A DNA stretch of 34,992 bases from Fibrobacter sp. (GCA_020718045.1 DYDD01000004.1:765-35756), one strand, 5' to 3'. Counted from the stretch's first letter, positions 10,744-23,594 are shown. Numbers and translations are program-made. The notes: generated by a model from the sequence alone, not told the origin.

Positions 10744-12795
10744 ATGTCGGCGCGGGTCAGGGTGCTGCTGGTCGACGACGACGCGGTCTACCGCGCCGCG
10801 CTCGGCGCCCGTCTGCGGGCCGCCGCCTGCGAGGTGGTCGAGACCGGCGACGGGCAGGAAGCCGTCCGGCTGGTCCGTTCGGACCGCGGTCTCGACATCG
10901 TCGTGGTCGAACTCGCGCCCCCCGGGCTGGACGGCAGCGAGATCATCGGCGAGATCAAGAAGTTCCGCCCGGAGATCCCCGTGCTCGTGCTGACGGGCTC
11001 GGGGTCCGTCGCCTCGGCCATGGACATGGGCAGCCGCGGCGCCTACCGCTACCTCGAGAAATCCGCCGATTTCGAGCTTATCGTCGCGGCCCTCGGCGAG
11101 GCCCGCCACGAGAAGCTGCGCACCATGGCGCGCCACGACATGGCCCTGCCCACCCTGGCCTCGGCGCGGGCCCGCCTGTGGGGGGGGCACAACCACCGGC
11201 CCGCCGTCGTCATCCTGGGGATGCTCCTGCTCGGGGCCGCCTACGCGCTGCCGCCGCCGCCCGGCCTGCTCTCCCTGCTCGGCGCCCCCAAGTCCGCCGC
11301 GACCGCCGTCGCCGCCGACCAGATCGCCGGCTACGCCGAATACCGGGAGATGGACGCCGGGGAGACGATTGCGTCGCACTACGCCCGCTGGCACGGGACG
11401 GCCGCGGATCGGGACGGGCGCGACGGCGGGAGCGCGGCGGCCACCGCCGGCGTCGCCCGCAAGGCCATGCTGATGGTGGCGCTGTTGATGGCGGGAGCGA
11501 TGTTCTGGGCCACCGCCGCGGTGCCGATCGGGATCACGGCGATCTTCGTGGCGGCCGCGCTGTACGCGTTCGGCATCATGCGGCCCGACCAGGTCGCCCA
11601 GGCCTTCGCCAAGGACTCGGTGGTCTTCATCTTCGGCGTGCTGGCCATGTCGCGGGTCATCACGCGCACGGGGCTGGACCGCCGCCTCGGGATGGTGCTG
11701 CTGGCGCCGGTGCGCAGCCTGCCGCTGTTCCTGTTCCTCTTCCTGCCGGTGTTCGCCCTGTCCTGCTCGTTCATCTCGGAGTCGGTGCTGGTGGCGGTGA
11801 TGATGCCGCTGCTGTTGGTCGTCCACGCCGCCTCGGTGCGCGAGCGCGGGGTCGGGCAGGACCGGCAGTTGCTGACGCTGCTGGCGCTGGGGCTGTGCTT
11901 CGCCTCGAACCTGGGCGGGCCGGGCTCGCCGGCGGCGGGTGCCCGCAACGCCGTGATGATCGGCATCCTCGAGGAGTACGGCCGGGCGCCGTCCTTCGTC
12001 GAGTGGCTGCGCTACGGCCTGCCCTTCGTCCCGGTCGCGACCCTGCTGCTGGGCGCGTACCTCGCGGTCGCCTTCCGCAAGACCGTGTTCGGGGTCCGGC
12101 TGGACGCCGCCGCCGCCATCCGGCGCACGGCCGTCACCATGGGTCCCGCCAACCGCGACGAGCGCCTGACCGGCATCGTGTTCGGCGGGGTGATCCTGCT
12201 GTGGATCGCGGCGGGATCGCGCATGGGCATGGGCGGCCCGATCCTGCTCGGCCTGGTGGCCCTGAACCTGCTACAGGTCCTGAAATGGCGCGACGTGATC
12301 AGGATCCCTTGGGAGGTCGTCTTCCTCTACGCCGGCGCCAGCGCCATCGGCAAGGGGCTCGCCGCCACCGGCGGCGCCCTCTACCTGGCCGAGAGCGCGG
12401 TGCGGCTCCTGCCCGAATCCTGGCTGCAGGGATCGGGCCTGCCCCTGGTCGCGGCGCTGCTGGCGGGCGTGACCACGAACTTCATGAGCGACGGCGCCAC
12501 CGTGGCTGCCGTCGGCCCGATCACGGTGCCCATGGCCCGCGCGGCGGCGCAGCACCCCTGGGCGGTGGGCCTGGCCACCGCGTTCGCGTCCTCGTTCGCC
12601 CACATGCTGATCATCGGCACGCCGAGCAACGCCATGGTCTACGCGATGTGCCGGGACCCGATGACGGGCGGGCACCCCGTCTCGCAGCGCGATTTCCTGC
12701 GTCATGGCGCGGCCGTCTTCGTGCTGAGCTTCGTCGTGCTGTGGTTCTGGACGATGACGACGTACTGGCAATGGCTCGGTTTCCCCGCGTCATGA
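10744..12795 (+). CDS. SLC13/DASS-family anion permease fused to an N-terminal receiver-like domain
   Basis: N-terminal VLLVDDD...LTG..S...YLEK receiver fold; then W...VP.G.T, GLDRR, SNLGG.GSP..G.RN, IPW.V..L, TNFMSD.AT and GTPSNA DASS motifs. Confidence 0.88.
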   Translation: MSARVRVLLVDDDAVYRAALGARLRAAACEVVETGDGQEAVRLVRSDRGLDIVVVELAPPGLDGSEIIGEIKKFRPEIPVLVLTGSGSVASAMDMGSRGAYRYLEKSADFELIVAALGEARHEKLRTMARHDMALPTLASARARLWGGHNHRPAVVILGMLLLGAAYALPPPPGLLSLLGAPKSAATAVAADQIAGYAEYREMDAGETIASHYARWHGTAADRDGRDGGSAAATAGVARKAMLMVALLMAGAMFWATAAVPIGITAIFVAAALYAFGIMRPDQVAQAFAKDSVVFIFGVLAMSRVITRTGLDRRLGMVLLAPVRSLPLFLFLFLPVFALSCSFISESVLVAVMMPLLLVVHAASVRERGVGQDRQLLTLLALGLCFASNLGGPGSPAAGARNAVMIGILEEYGRAPSFVEWLRYGLPFVPVATLLLGAYLAVAFRKTVFGVRLDAAAAIRRTAVTMGPANRDERLTGIVFGGVILLWIAAGSRMGMGGPILLGLVALNLLQVLKWRDVIRIPWEVVFLYAGASAIGKGLAATGGALYLAESAVRLLPESWLQGSGLPLVAALLAGVTTNFMSDGATVAAVGPITVPMARAAAQHPWAVGLATAFASSFAHMLIIGTPSNAMVYAMCRDPMTGGHPVSQRDFLRHGAAVFVLSFVVLWFWTMTTYWQWLGFPAS

Positions 12796-12820
12796 CGGCG
12801 CGGGCAGCAAGGAGAAGACC

Positions 12821-13681
12821 ATGACCCCCAAGTCGAAGGACAAGGCGCCCGACGGCGACCGCACCGCCCGGCACGTCGAGCCCGAGACGAGCCGCCATCG
12901 CAGCAAGCTGCCCGGCGACCTGTACGACAAGGAGATGGCCCGGCTCGAGGTCGAGCTGGTCAAGCTCCAGGCCTGGATCCGGCACGCCGGCCTGAAGGTC
13001 GTGGTGATCTTCGAGGGGCGCGACGCGGCCGGCAAGGGCGGCGTCATCAAGCGGATCACCGAACCGCTGAACCCCCGCATCGCGCGCGTCGTCGCCCTGG
13101 GCGTGCCGACCGAACGCGAGAAGACCCAGTGGTACTTCCAGCGCTACATCGCCCACCTGCCGGGGGCCGGCGAGATGGTGCTGTTCGACCGCAGCTGGTA
13201 CAACCGCGCCGGCGTCGAACGGGTCATGGGCTTCTGCAGCGACGAGGAGCACCAGGAGTTCCTGCGCTGCTGCCCCGAGTTCGAGCGCATGCTGGTGCGT
13301 TCCGGGATCCTGCTGGTCAAGTACTGGTTCTCCGTCAGCGACGACGAGCAGGAGCGGCGCTTCAGGGACCGCCTCTCCGATCCCACCAAGCGCTGGAAGC
13401 TCAGTCCCATGGATGTGGAGTCGCGGTCCCGGTGGGTGGAGTACTCGCGCGCCAAGGACGAGATGTTCGCCCACACCGACATCAAGCAGGCGCCGTGGTA
13501 CGTGGTCGACGGGGACGACAAGAAGCGCGCGCGGCTGAACTGCATCAGCCATCTGCTGGGCTTGATCCCCTACGAGGACCTGACGCCTGAGCCGGTCACG
13601 CTGCCGCCGCGGCTGACGGGGGCGGAGTACGTGAGGCCGCCGCTGAGCGACCAGACGTTCGTGCCGGAGCTGTATCCGTAG
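12821..13681 (+). CDS. ppk2: Polyphosphate kinase 2 (single-domain)
   Basis: FEGRDAAGKGG Walker A, WYFQRY, FDRSWYNRAGVERVMGF and WKLSPMD motifs. Confidence 0.96.
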   Translation: MTPKSKDKAPDGDRTARHVEPETSRHRSKLPGDLYDKEMARLEVELVKLQAWIRHAGLKVVVIFEGRDAAGKGGVIKRITEPLNPRIARVVALGVPTEREKTQWYFQRYIAHLPGAGEMVLFDRSWYNRAGVERVMGFCSDEEHQEFLRCCPEFERMLVRSGILLVKYWFSVSDDEQERRFRDRLSDPTKRWKLSPMDVESRSRWVEYSRAKDEMFAHTDIKQAPWYVVDGDDKKRARLNCISHLLGLIPYEDLTPEPVTLPPRLTGAEYVRPPLSDQTFVPELYP

Positions 13682-13688
13682 GTGGTCG

Positions 13689-15191
<1,503 letters not shown>

Positions 15192-15430
15192 GCCGGTCCC
15201 TCCCTTCCCCCGCGGCATCGGCGGGTGGCGCCGCAGGCACAATGTAGCGGCGATCGGGGGTGCATGTCCAGGTTCGGCGACGACCCGGCCTCGACGCTGA
15301 CGCCGGCATGGTGCATTCTGGTGGGACGCGGCGGCCGGCGCCCGGGGTCGTCCCGCAGGAACGGGCCCGATCGCGCGTTCCGTGGCGTTGGCGTTCCTGG
15401 ACGACGGACCGGTGCGACCCGAGGTGGGGC

Positions 15431-16714
15431 ATGAAGAAATGGCTGATCCTGGCGGCGATCGCGGCGGCGGCTGGTGCCGTCGCCTGGTTCCTGACCCGCG
15501 GCGACGACGGGGGGGGCGAGACCTACCGTCTGGCGGAGGTGTCCCGCGGCGACGTCGAGGAGGTCGTCACCAGCACCGGCACCCTCGACGCGGTGACCAA
15601 GGTGCAGGTCGGCACCCAGGTGTCCGGCCTGATCGCGACCATCGGCGCGGACTTCAACGACCGCGTGTCGGCCGGCCAGGTCATCGCGGTCATCGACACC
15701 ACGCTGCTGGCGAGCGAGGTGCGCAGCGCCCGGGCGAACGTGGCCCGCGCCGAGGCCGAGCGCAACGACGCGCAGCGGGAGCTGGCCCGCACGCAGGAGC
15801 TGTTCCGCGAGCAGCTGGTGTCCCAGACGGACCTCGACAAGGCGCTCTACGCGGCCGAATCGTCCGCGGCCTCGCTGGTCTCGGCCAGGGTCGGGCTGGA
15901 CCGCGCGAGCAACAACCTGAAGTACGCCACGATCCGCGCGCCCATCTCCGGCACCGTGGTCGAGCGCAACGTGGACGTGGGGCAGACGGTCGCGGCCAAC
16001 TTCTCGGCGCCCCAGCTCTTCCTGATCGCCGAGGACCTGGCGCGGATGCAGATCCTGGCCGCGGTCGACGAGAGCGACATCGGCAAGATCGTCGAGGGCC
16101 GGCCCGCCCGCTTCACCGTCCAGGCCCACGACGACGAGCAGTTCCAGGGGACGGTGCGCCAGGTCCGGCTGCAGTCGACGGTCGCGGAGAACGTCGTCAA
16201 CTACACCGTGGTGGTGGACGTGGACAACACCGACGGCCGCCTGCTGCCCGGCATGACCGCCACCGTGGACTTCGTCGTCAGCCGGGCGGAATCCGTCCTG
16301 ACCGTCCCGAACGCCGCGCTGCGCTTCAAGCCCACCGAGGCCATGGTCGCGGCCCTCCAGGCGCGCCGCGCGAAGATGGCCGCCGAGGGGGGGCGCGGCG
16401 CGGGCGCAGGCGGACCGGGCGCAGGCGGATCGGGTGCTGGAGGTCAAGGCGCCGGCATGCACGGCGGCGGCGCGGGCTTCGCCGGCGGCGCGAAACCGAC
16501 GCTCCTGTGGTACCAGGACGAGGACGGCACGATCGGCGCCCGGCCGGTGCGCGTCGGCGTGAGCGACGGCACGGTCACCGAGATCACGGCGCCCTGGCTC
16601 CGGGAGGGGCTCCAGGCGGTGGCCGGGGTCACCGGCGGGACGGTCGCCGCGACATCGACCAACCCGTTCCAGTCCCAGCCCGCCGGCTCGCGCCCGCCGC
16701 CGGGCGGGTTCTAG
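15431..16714 (+). CDS. MacA-like periplasmic adaptor (membrane fusion protein)
   Basis: N-terminal [36 protein letters not shown] and LLPGMTA motifs; Gly-rich insert. Confidence 0.92.
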   Translation: MKKWLILAAIAAAAGAVAWFLTRGDDGGGETYRLAEVSRGDVEEVVTSTGTLDAVTKVQVGTQVSGLIATIGADFNDRVSAGQVIAVIDTTLLASEVRSARANVARAEAERNDAQRELARTQELFREQLVSQTDLDKALYAAESSAASLVSARVGLDRASNNLKYATIRAPISGTVVERNVDVGQTVAANFSAPQLFLIAEDLARMQILAAVDESDIGKIVEGRPARFTVQAHDDEQFQGTVRQVRLQSTVAENVVNYTVVVDVDNTDGRLLPGMTATVDFVVSRAESVLTVPNAALRFKPTEAMVAALQARRAKMAAEGGRGAGAGGPGAGGSGAGGQGAGMHGGGAGFAGGAKPTLLWYQDEDGTIGARPVRVGVSDGTVTEITAPWLREGLQAVAGVTGGTVAATSTNPFQSQPAGSRPPPGGF

Positions 16715-16751
16715 GCCGCACCGATCGGGAACGCAGCCGGGAGGACCGCGC

Positions 16752-17485
<734 letters not shown>

Positions 17486-17489
<4 letters not shown>

Positions 17490-18703
17490 GGGCGACGACC
17501 CTGGTGCGCCTGGCGGCGCGCAGCATCCGCCGCAACGTCATGCGGACCCTGCTGACCATGCTGGGGATCATCATCGGCGTGGCGGCGGTCCTGGTGATGG
17601 TCGCCGTGGGCGAGGGGGCGCGCTCCCAGATCCGCCACAGCATCCAGAACCTGGGCTCGAACATGATCGTGATCACGCCCGGCGCCAGCCAGCAGGGCGG
17701 CGTCAGCCACGGCGCCGGCAGCTTCAACCGCCTGACGGTCGATGACGCGACCGCCCTGCGGCGCGAAAGCACGCTGCTGGCGGCCGTCTCCCCCGTGATC
17801 TTCGCGCCGGCGCAGATCGTCGGCGGCACCGGCAACTGGCGGGCGGTGTGCTACGGCGTCGACGCCGGCTACCGCGAGATCCGCGACTGGGACGTCTCGA
17901 GCGGCCGCTACTTCGACGCCGCCGACCAGCGCGGCATGAAGAAGGTCTGCCTGCTCGGTGCCACCGTCGCCAAGCAGCTCTTCCCGGACGCCGACCCCGT
18001 CGGCCAGACGGTCCGCCTGCGCGACGTGCCCTTCCACGTCATCGGCGTGCTGGCGGCCAAAGGGCAGAACGCCCAGGGCGCCGACCAGGACGACGTCGTG
18101 CTGGCCCCGTACACGACCGTCCGCACCCGCCTGGCCGGCCGCATGTTCATCGCGCAGATCCTGGCCAGCACGTCCAGCCCCGGCGACCTGCCCGCCGCCC
18201 AGCAGGAGATCGCCGCGATCATGCGCGAGGCGCACGGGCTGGCCGCCTGGGAGGCCGACGACTTCCAGGTGCGCAACCAGACCGATCTGGCCGAGACGGC
18301 GTCGGCCACCACCGAGGTGATGACGATGCTGCTGGCGGCCATCGCCAGCATCTCGCTGCTGGTGGGCGGCATCGGCATCATGAACATCATGCTGGTGTCG
18401 GTGACCGAGCGCACGCGCGAGATCGGCATCCGCATGGCCGTGGGCGCCCGCGGCTCCGACGTGCTGACCCAGTTCCTGGTCGAGAGCACGGTGCTGTGCC
18501 TCGGCGGCGGCGTCATCGGCGTGGGGGTGGGCGTCGCCGGCGCCTGGATCCTGGGGCGCACCGCCGGCTGGGCCACCGTGGTGCAGCCGCAGACGATGCT
18601 GTTGGCGCTGGGGTTCGCGGCGGCGGTCGGGATCTTCTTCGGGTATTACCCGGCGCGCAAGGCGGCGGCGCTGGATCCGATCGAGGCGCTGCGGTACGAG
18701 TAG
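17486..18703 (+). CDS. MacB-like ABC transporter permease
   Basis: LTMLGIIIGVAAV, ISLLVGGIGIMNIMLVSVTERTREIGIR and PARKAA.LDPIEALRYE motifs; ATGA overlap. Confidence 0.95.
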
Positions 18704-18935
18704 GTTCTGGCCACGGAATTGTCCCTGCCCATGCGGTGTTGCGACTTGGCTCCACACATCCTGCGGTGACAGGGGGCGCTCGTCGGGCACATCCTGTGCC
18801 CGACTCGCTTGGCCTTCCGGCCCTTTCGCCATCCTGGCTCCAGGGCCTGCAGGACACCCCTGTCACCACAGGATGTGTGGAGCCAAGTCGAACGGCAGCG
18901 TGGATATGGGCAGGGACGATTTCGTGGCTTGGACC
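18703..18935. mobile_element. MITE-like non-autonomous element (233 bp) with long inverted repeats and 9-bp target-site duplication
   Basis: 30-bp terminal IRs (18703-18732/18906-18935, 25/30 match), inner 34-bp IR (18742-18775/18857-18890, 33/34), internal 10-bp-stem hairpin 18782-18804, flanking direct repeats GTACGAGTA (18694-18702) and GCACGAGTA (18936-18944). Confidence 0.75.
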
Positions 18936-19018
18936 GCACGAGTAGACCATGGCCAGGATCGATGCTCGGGCCGACTTCGGGCTTGATCAGTGCCTCTGCT
19001 CTTGTACAATCCACGGAC

Positions 19019-20182
19019 ATGAGCACGCGGCCCCACCTTCGAGCGCATCTAGGACTGCACGGATGGAGCGGAGCCGTTCGGTGGTTCTGCCTCGCCGCTT
19101 CAGGTCTGGTCTGCGTTGCGGGTGCCGCCGCCGAGATCCCGTATCTGGGAACGTCCCTGCATGATTCCACGCAGATCCGGGGGATCTGCGCCGCGATCAG
19201 TGCCGTCGACGCTCCCGCGGAGGCCCGAGCCGAGTTCGTGACCGGGCTGCCCCTGGATCGCGATCGTCTGGACCTGGCCCTGGTCGACGTTCCGGTCGGC
19301 CTCACGCGGTTCCATGTCTCCATGTCCGCCGGGGGATACGACAGCGTGGCGGTGCGCGTCTATGCGCAATTCTGGCTGCGTTCGGTGGCCGCCGATTCGC
19401 TGCTGGCGCGGCGCACCCTGATCCACGAGTACATCCATGCGATCCTGCGACAACACATGCATCAGGACGACTACTCGCGATTGCCGGAGTGGTTCCAAGA
19501 GGGTGTCGCGACCTATCTCAGCGGAGAGCACGGCGATCGGTTGCGGGTGGCGCTCGCCCATCACTGGCGCGACCCGCAGGCCCTCCACGTTGGATTGGCC
19601 GAAGGTCCGGCAGTCGCGGAGCGTGTCGCCGGCTCCTGGTGGTTCGCCGCTCTCGACCACCGCTACGGGCCGGAATCCACCCGGCGGTGCCTCGCGGCGC
19701 TGGTCGCCGGCCACAACCTGGTGGATGCGCTCGCGCCGTTCGGTTGCAGCATCGATGATCTCTGGCGGGTCGCGGAAGGGATCGCCGCGTCAGAGGTGCA
19801 GTCGTTGACCGGCGAGTGCGCCGCCCGATTGCGCGAGTGCATGGAGGCCGGGTCCCTGGACTCGGAGCAACGCCGGAAGCGTTTCGGGGAGCTGATCAAG
19901 AAGCACCGCGGCACCTATGCCGCCGAATTCGCCCTTTATTTGGCGGCGAAACTCTCCTACGAGTTGCTGTACCTGCAGGATGCCCGCAGGTACCTGGACG
20001 AGCTGGCGAGCTGCCCCCGCGACTACGGGTACGGAGACGATGCCCTCTACTTGCGACTCCGGATCGCAGCCGAGTGCCACCGCGACGCCGAGGCCCGACG
20101 GTACTGTCGAGAATACTTCTCGCTGTGGCCGGACGGCGCATACTGGGGAAGGGTCATGACGATCTGCAGGGAACTGCCTTGA
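19019..20182 (+). CDS. Secreted gluzincin-like (peptidase MA-type) protein with C-terminal TPR-like repeats
   Basis: HEYIH plus LPEWFQEGVATY zinc-ligand pattern; hydrophobic N-terminus; C-terminal A.FALY..A / DDALY TPR-like helices; start uncertain. Confidence 0.65.
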   Translation: MSTRPHLRAHLGLHGWSGAVRWFCLAASGLVCVAGAAAEIPYLGTSLHDSTQIRGICAAISAVDAPAEARAEFVTGLPLDRDRLDLALVDVPVGLTRFHVSMSAGGYDSVAVRVYAQFWLRSVAADSLLARRTLIHEYIHAILRQHMHQDDYSRLPEWFQEGVATYLSGEHGDRLRVALAHHWRDPQALHVGLAEGPAVAERVAGSWWFAALDHRYGPESTRRCLAALVAGHNLVDALAPFGCSIDDLWRVAEGIAASEVQSLTGECAARLRECMEAGSLDSEQRRKRFGELIKKHRGTYAAEFALYLAAKLSYELLYLQDARRYLDELASCPRDYGYGDDALYLRLRIAAECHRDAEARRYCREYFSLWPDGAYWGRVMTICRELP

Positions 20183-20370
20183 GGGCGCCGCATGCCGGCG
20201 TGTCTTGTGAGGCACCCCGGCCAGGTCCGTGATCCGGCTAGCCTCTTCCCCGCCCGCACGATCAACGAAACCGGACATAATGTTCCGTCGGGTGCCTGCT
20301 TCGCGGCATTGCTGGATGAGGAATCCCGACGCCCGGCGTTGTGCAGGTTGACCCTGATCAGATAGGCAAC

Positions 20371-21636
20371 ATGTCTGAGCATGGCCACACATTCGGACTG
20401 AAGCGGCTCTTGCTGCGAATCCTGCTCGCGATCGCGCTGATCTGGCAATTCGGCGGCGTGCTGCTGCCCTTCCCACGCTGTAAGGTGGAGAAAATCCAGG
20501 TTGCATCCCTGATCGCCTTGGCCGTGGACCTGGATGTCGCCGGGAGGCGCATCTACCTGGACATGCACTATCCCGAGGACAAGGTGCTGCTCTGCGATCC
20601 CGGGGATGACGGGAGCAATGGCATCCCCTACGAACCCAATTATAAGATCGGTTCGCCTTTCATCGAGCCTCATCGGCGAGAGGGGGTCTTTCTGCCGTCC
20701 CCCGGGTTCCCGCTGTCGCCGGTGAAGTGTGCGCCCGAGGCTCTGGGCACGGTGCTGACCCTGTACGGCATGAGCGGCGAGGCCATGGCCCGGGTCGAGG
20801 GGAAGCCTTGGGAGAAACCGCTGCTGGACATCGCGGTACGAGGATTTCTCGGCCGGCAGGACACCCTGGCGGTGACCTACATCCCGAGGCTGCGCGTCGA
20901 GCAGTTGATTCGCGGGGAATGGATGCAATTGACTCAATTCAACATCGTGGGGATGTGGTACTACTGCGCTCCCGAGGATACGGTGCGCATCCGGATGTGC
21001 GCGGCGGCGATGAAGGCCGTGTTTCTTCGGGATCGCGTGCTGGTGAAGCCGGCGACCGAGGAAGAACGATCTGCACTCGACGTGATCGTCCGTACACCGC
21101 GCACCGAGGGCAGCGGTTGGCCCTACTACCATTCCTGGGAGTGGAAGAACGGCAAGGAGTTCTTTAAAACGTTCCAAGCGGATACGTTGTCGATCGGCGA
21201 GTGGTTCGAGTTGGATTACCCGCTTATGCCACGTACCAGGCTGTTCTCACTCGATGTGATCGTCGAATGCCGGGGATTACCCGATTATGTGCAACTAACC
21301 GAATTCCACGACCCCACACTAGCCATCCTGGGCCATGAATCACCGAACACCCTCATGCGCTGGCCGTTGGTCCCGACACCATCCGGGCTTGCGGCCGGAG
21401 ACTCCGCAGGCGTCAGCTACCCCGGCGGCTACGTCTTCCCGCGCTGGGCGTTTTTGAAGCAGCTCGAGATGGGGTTCTGGTCTGGTGGCGATGACATCAC
21501 GAACCCGAATGTCCAGCACTACAAGATTGAGATCGATCGTCGGAATGAGGAGATCCGCCGCGAGCGTCTGGCAGAGCGGGAGCGGAAACGTCGGCATGGT
21601 CCGATACCGGAAACGCCGAAACAGGACGATCAATAA
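20371..21636 (+). CDS. Hypothetical membrane-anchored protein, atypical low-GC codon usage
   Basis: Long ORF with one N-terminal TM segment; no family recognised; start uncertain. Confidence 0.55.
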   Translation: MSEHGHTFGLKRLLLRILLAIALIWQFGGVLLPFPRCKVEKIQVASLIALAVDLDVAGRRIYLDMHYPEDKVLLCDPGDDGSNGIPYEPNYKIGSPFIEPHRREGVFLPSPGFPLSPVKCAPEALGTVLTLYGMSGEAMARVEGKPWEKPLLDIAVRGFLGRQDTLAVTYIPRLRVEQLIRGEWMQLTQFNIVGMWYYCAPEDTVRIRMCAAAMKAVFLRDRVLVKPATEEERSALDVIVRTPRTEGSGWPYYHSWEWKNGKEFFKTFQADTLSIGEWFELDYPLMPRTRLFSLDVIVECRGLPDYVQLTEFHDPTLAILGHESPNTLMRWPLVPTPSGLAAGDSAGVSYPGGYVFPRWAFLKQLEMGFWSGGDDITNPNVQHYKIEIDRRNEEIRRERLAERERKRRHGPIPETPKQDDQ

Positions 21637-21678
21637 TTCTGCAATGGATGGAACTAGGGATCCCGGGCGACGGCCGGG

Positions 21679-22239
21679 CTAGTGCCGCGTCCCGGCCAAC
21701 TTCCGCCCTGCCCGCACGACCGCCGTCACCAGCCCCGCGACCAGCACCAACCCCAGCACCGGCACCAGCAGCGCGATCGCCGCCAGGGCGACGGCGCCAC
21801 CCGTCTCGGCGGCGGCGACGAACGGGTTGCCGAAGCCGGCGGTCATGACGGTCGAGAGGGCGCGCGTGCCGACCGACGCGGCCTGGACCAGGCCGGCCAG
21901 GCCGCCGCCGGCGATGATCGCCAGGGGCCAGCGGGCGTAGGGCGGCAGGTCGACGGCCACGGCGGCCATCAGCGCGGCGCCCGCGATCGCGGCGGCCGGT
22001 GTGGCGAGCGTGTCCAGGGCGTGGTCGAGCCAGGGGACGAAGTAGGCGAGGGCCTCGGCCAGGGAGGCGGTGCCGAAGATCACCAGAGCCGTGGTCGAGC
22101 CGAGCCAGCCGAATCCGGAGGCCGGCTCCAGGTGGCCGGTGTGCACGGCGATCGCCGCCAGCAGCAGCGGCACGAAGACGCGCAGGCCGGCCGCGGCGGC
22201 CAGCCCCAGCCCGAGCGTGATCCCGATCGCCGTGTCCAT
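21679..22239 (-). CDS. DUF4126-family membrane protein
   Basis: GLGLAAAAGLR.FVPLL, E.LAY.VPW.DH.LD and R..ST..TAG.GNPFV...E motifs; RBS GAGGAG. Confidence 0.8.
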   Translation of the reverse strand: MDTAIGITLGLGLAAAAGLRVFVPLLLAAIAVHTGHLEPASGFGWLGSTTALVIFGTASLAEALAYFVPWLDHALDTLATPAAAIAGAALMAAVAVDLPPYARWPLAIIAGGGLAGLVQAASVGTRALSTVMTAGFGNPFVAAAETGGAVALAAIALLVPVLGLVLVAGLVTAVVRAGRKLAGTRH

Positions 22240-22256
22240 GGTGCTCCTCGCCGGGT

Positions 22257-23594
22257 TCAGGGACGGTCGTGCGGCTCCGACGGCTCGCGCGGCTCCTGGG
22301 ATGTCTGAGACGTCTGGGGCGCGAAGAGCCGGTGCAGCGTCGCCAGGTGCTGCTGGCGCTCCTGCTCGCTCTCGGCGCTCTTGAGCGACTCCATCGAGCG
22401 ACCCAGGACCTTCTTGATGAACTGCTGCAGGCTGGCGTCGACCGCCGCGGCCACCTCGTCGGACTGCTTGCGGCGCACGTAGCCGACCTGCTTCTCCTTG
22501 AGGTCCTCGAGGTAGGCGCGGAACTCGGCCACGCTGGGGCGCAGGTCCATCTCGCGGACCCAGGCGCGGAACTCCGCCAGCTCCTCCTCGACGATGCGCT
22601 CGGCCCCGGGCAGCTGCTTGCGGCGCGCGGCGAGGTTGGACTGGACGATCTCGTCGAGGTCGTCCAGACCGAAGACATAGGTCTCGTCCACCCGCGCGAC
22701 GTCGGGATGGACATCGCGCGGGACGGCGATGTCCAGGACGTACAGCGGCCGTCCGCGGCGGCGGCGCATGGCGGCGCGCACCATCTCCGGCAGGATCACG
22801 GGCTCGAGGCTGCCGGTGGTCGAGAGCACGACGTCCACGTCGGCCAGCGCGGCGGGCAGGTCCTCCCAGGGACGCGCGCGCACGAGTTCGCCCTTGCCGC
22901 CGTTGAGGTCGTCCGCCAGGGTCCGCGCGCGCTCGGGGCTGCGGTTCACCACGATCAGGCCGCCGATGCCCTGCTGCAGGAAGTGGCGGGCCGCCAGGGC
23001 GCCGGTCTCGCCGGCGCCGACCAGCAGGGCGCGGTGCCGCGGCAGGTCGGCGAAGAACTTGCGGGCCAGTTCGACGGCGGCGAAGGCGACGCTGACCGCC
23101 CCCTCGCCGATCTTCGTCTCGGTGCGGACGCGCTTGCCGGCGCGGAACGCGCCCTGGAAGGCGCGCATGAGCACCGGGCCGAGCTCGTGGTGCTCCTTGG
23201 CCAGCCGGTAGGCGTCCTTGAGCTGGCCGGAGATCTGGGGCTCGCCCAGCATCATGCTCTCCAGGCCGGCCGACACCCGGTAGAGGCGGCGCACGGCCTC
23301 CCCGTCGGTCAGGCGCACGGCGTGCTCGCCGGTGAACAGCGAGGGGTCGAGCCCGGCGCCGGCCAGGCTGCGGGTCATGCTGTCGAAGGGCGCGAAACCG
23401 GGCAGGGCCTCGACGTAGATCTCGGTGCGGTTGCAGGTGCTGACCGGCACGGCCGAGACGAACCCCGGCTCCCGCGACAGGGCCGCCAGCAGTCCGCCCA
23501 CGCGCTCGGGGTCGATGTGCGCGCGCTCGCGCACCTCGGTCGGCGCGAGCCGGTGGTCGATCCCCCACAGGTGCAGGCCGGCGCGCCCCGCCAT
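22257..23594 (-). CDS. hemA: Glutamyl-tRNA reductase
   Basis: STCNRTE, GLESMMLGEPQI.GQ, GAGETG, NRS and DIAVPRD motifs; TGATG overlap with the upstream gene. Confidence 0.96.
   Translation of the reverse strand: MAGRAGLHLWGIDHRLAPTEVRERAHIDPERVGGLLAALSREPGFVSAVPVSTCNRTEIYVEALPGFAPFDSMTRSLAGAGLDPSLFTGEHAVRLTDGEAVRRLYRVSAGLESMMLGEPQISGQLKDAYRLAKEHHELGPVLMRAFQGAFRAGKRVRTETKIGEGAVSVAFAAVELARKFFADLPRHRALLVGAGETGALAARHFLQQGIGGLIVVNRSPERARTLADDLNGGKGELVRARPWEDLPAALADVDVVLSTTGSLEPVILPEMVRAAMRRRRGRPLYVLDIAVPRDVHPDVARVDETYVFGLDDLDEIVQSNLAARRKQLPGAERIVEEELAEFRAWVREMDLRPSVAEFRAYLEDLKEKQVGYVRRKQSDEVAAAVDASLQQFIKKVLGRSMESLKSAESEQERQQHLATLHRLFAPQTSQTSQEPREPSEPHDRP

Noticed and set aside
16385-16490. Tandem repeat in the adaptor gene
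   Set aside because: Just a Gly/Ala low-complexity linker common in MacA-like proteins
18703-18935. Integron attC site or CRISPR repeat interpretation of the palindrome
   Set aside because: No RYYYAAC/GTTRRRY ends, no integrase and no repeat-spacer array; terminal IRs plus target duplication fit a MITE better
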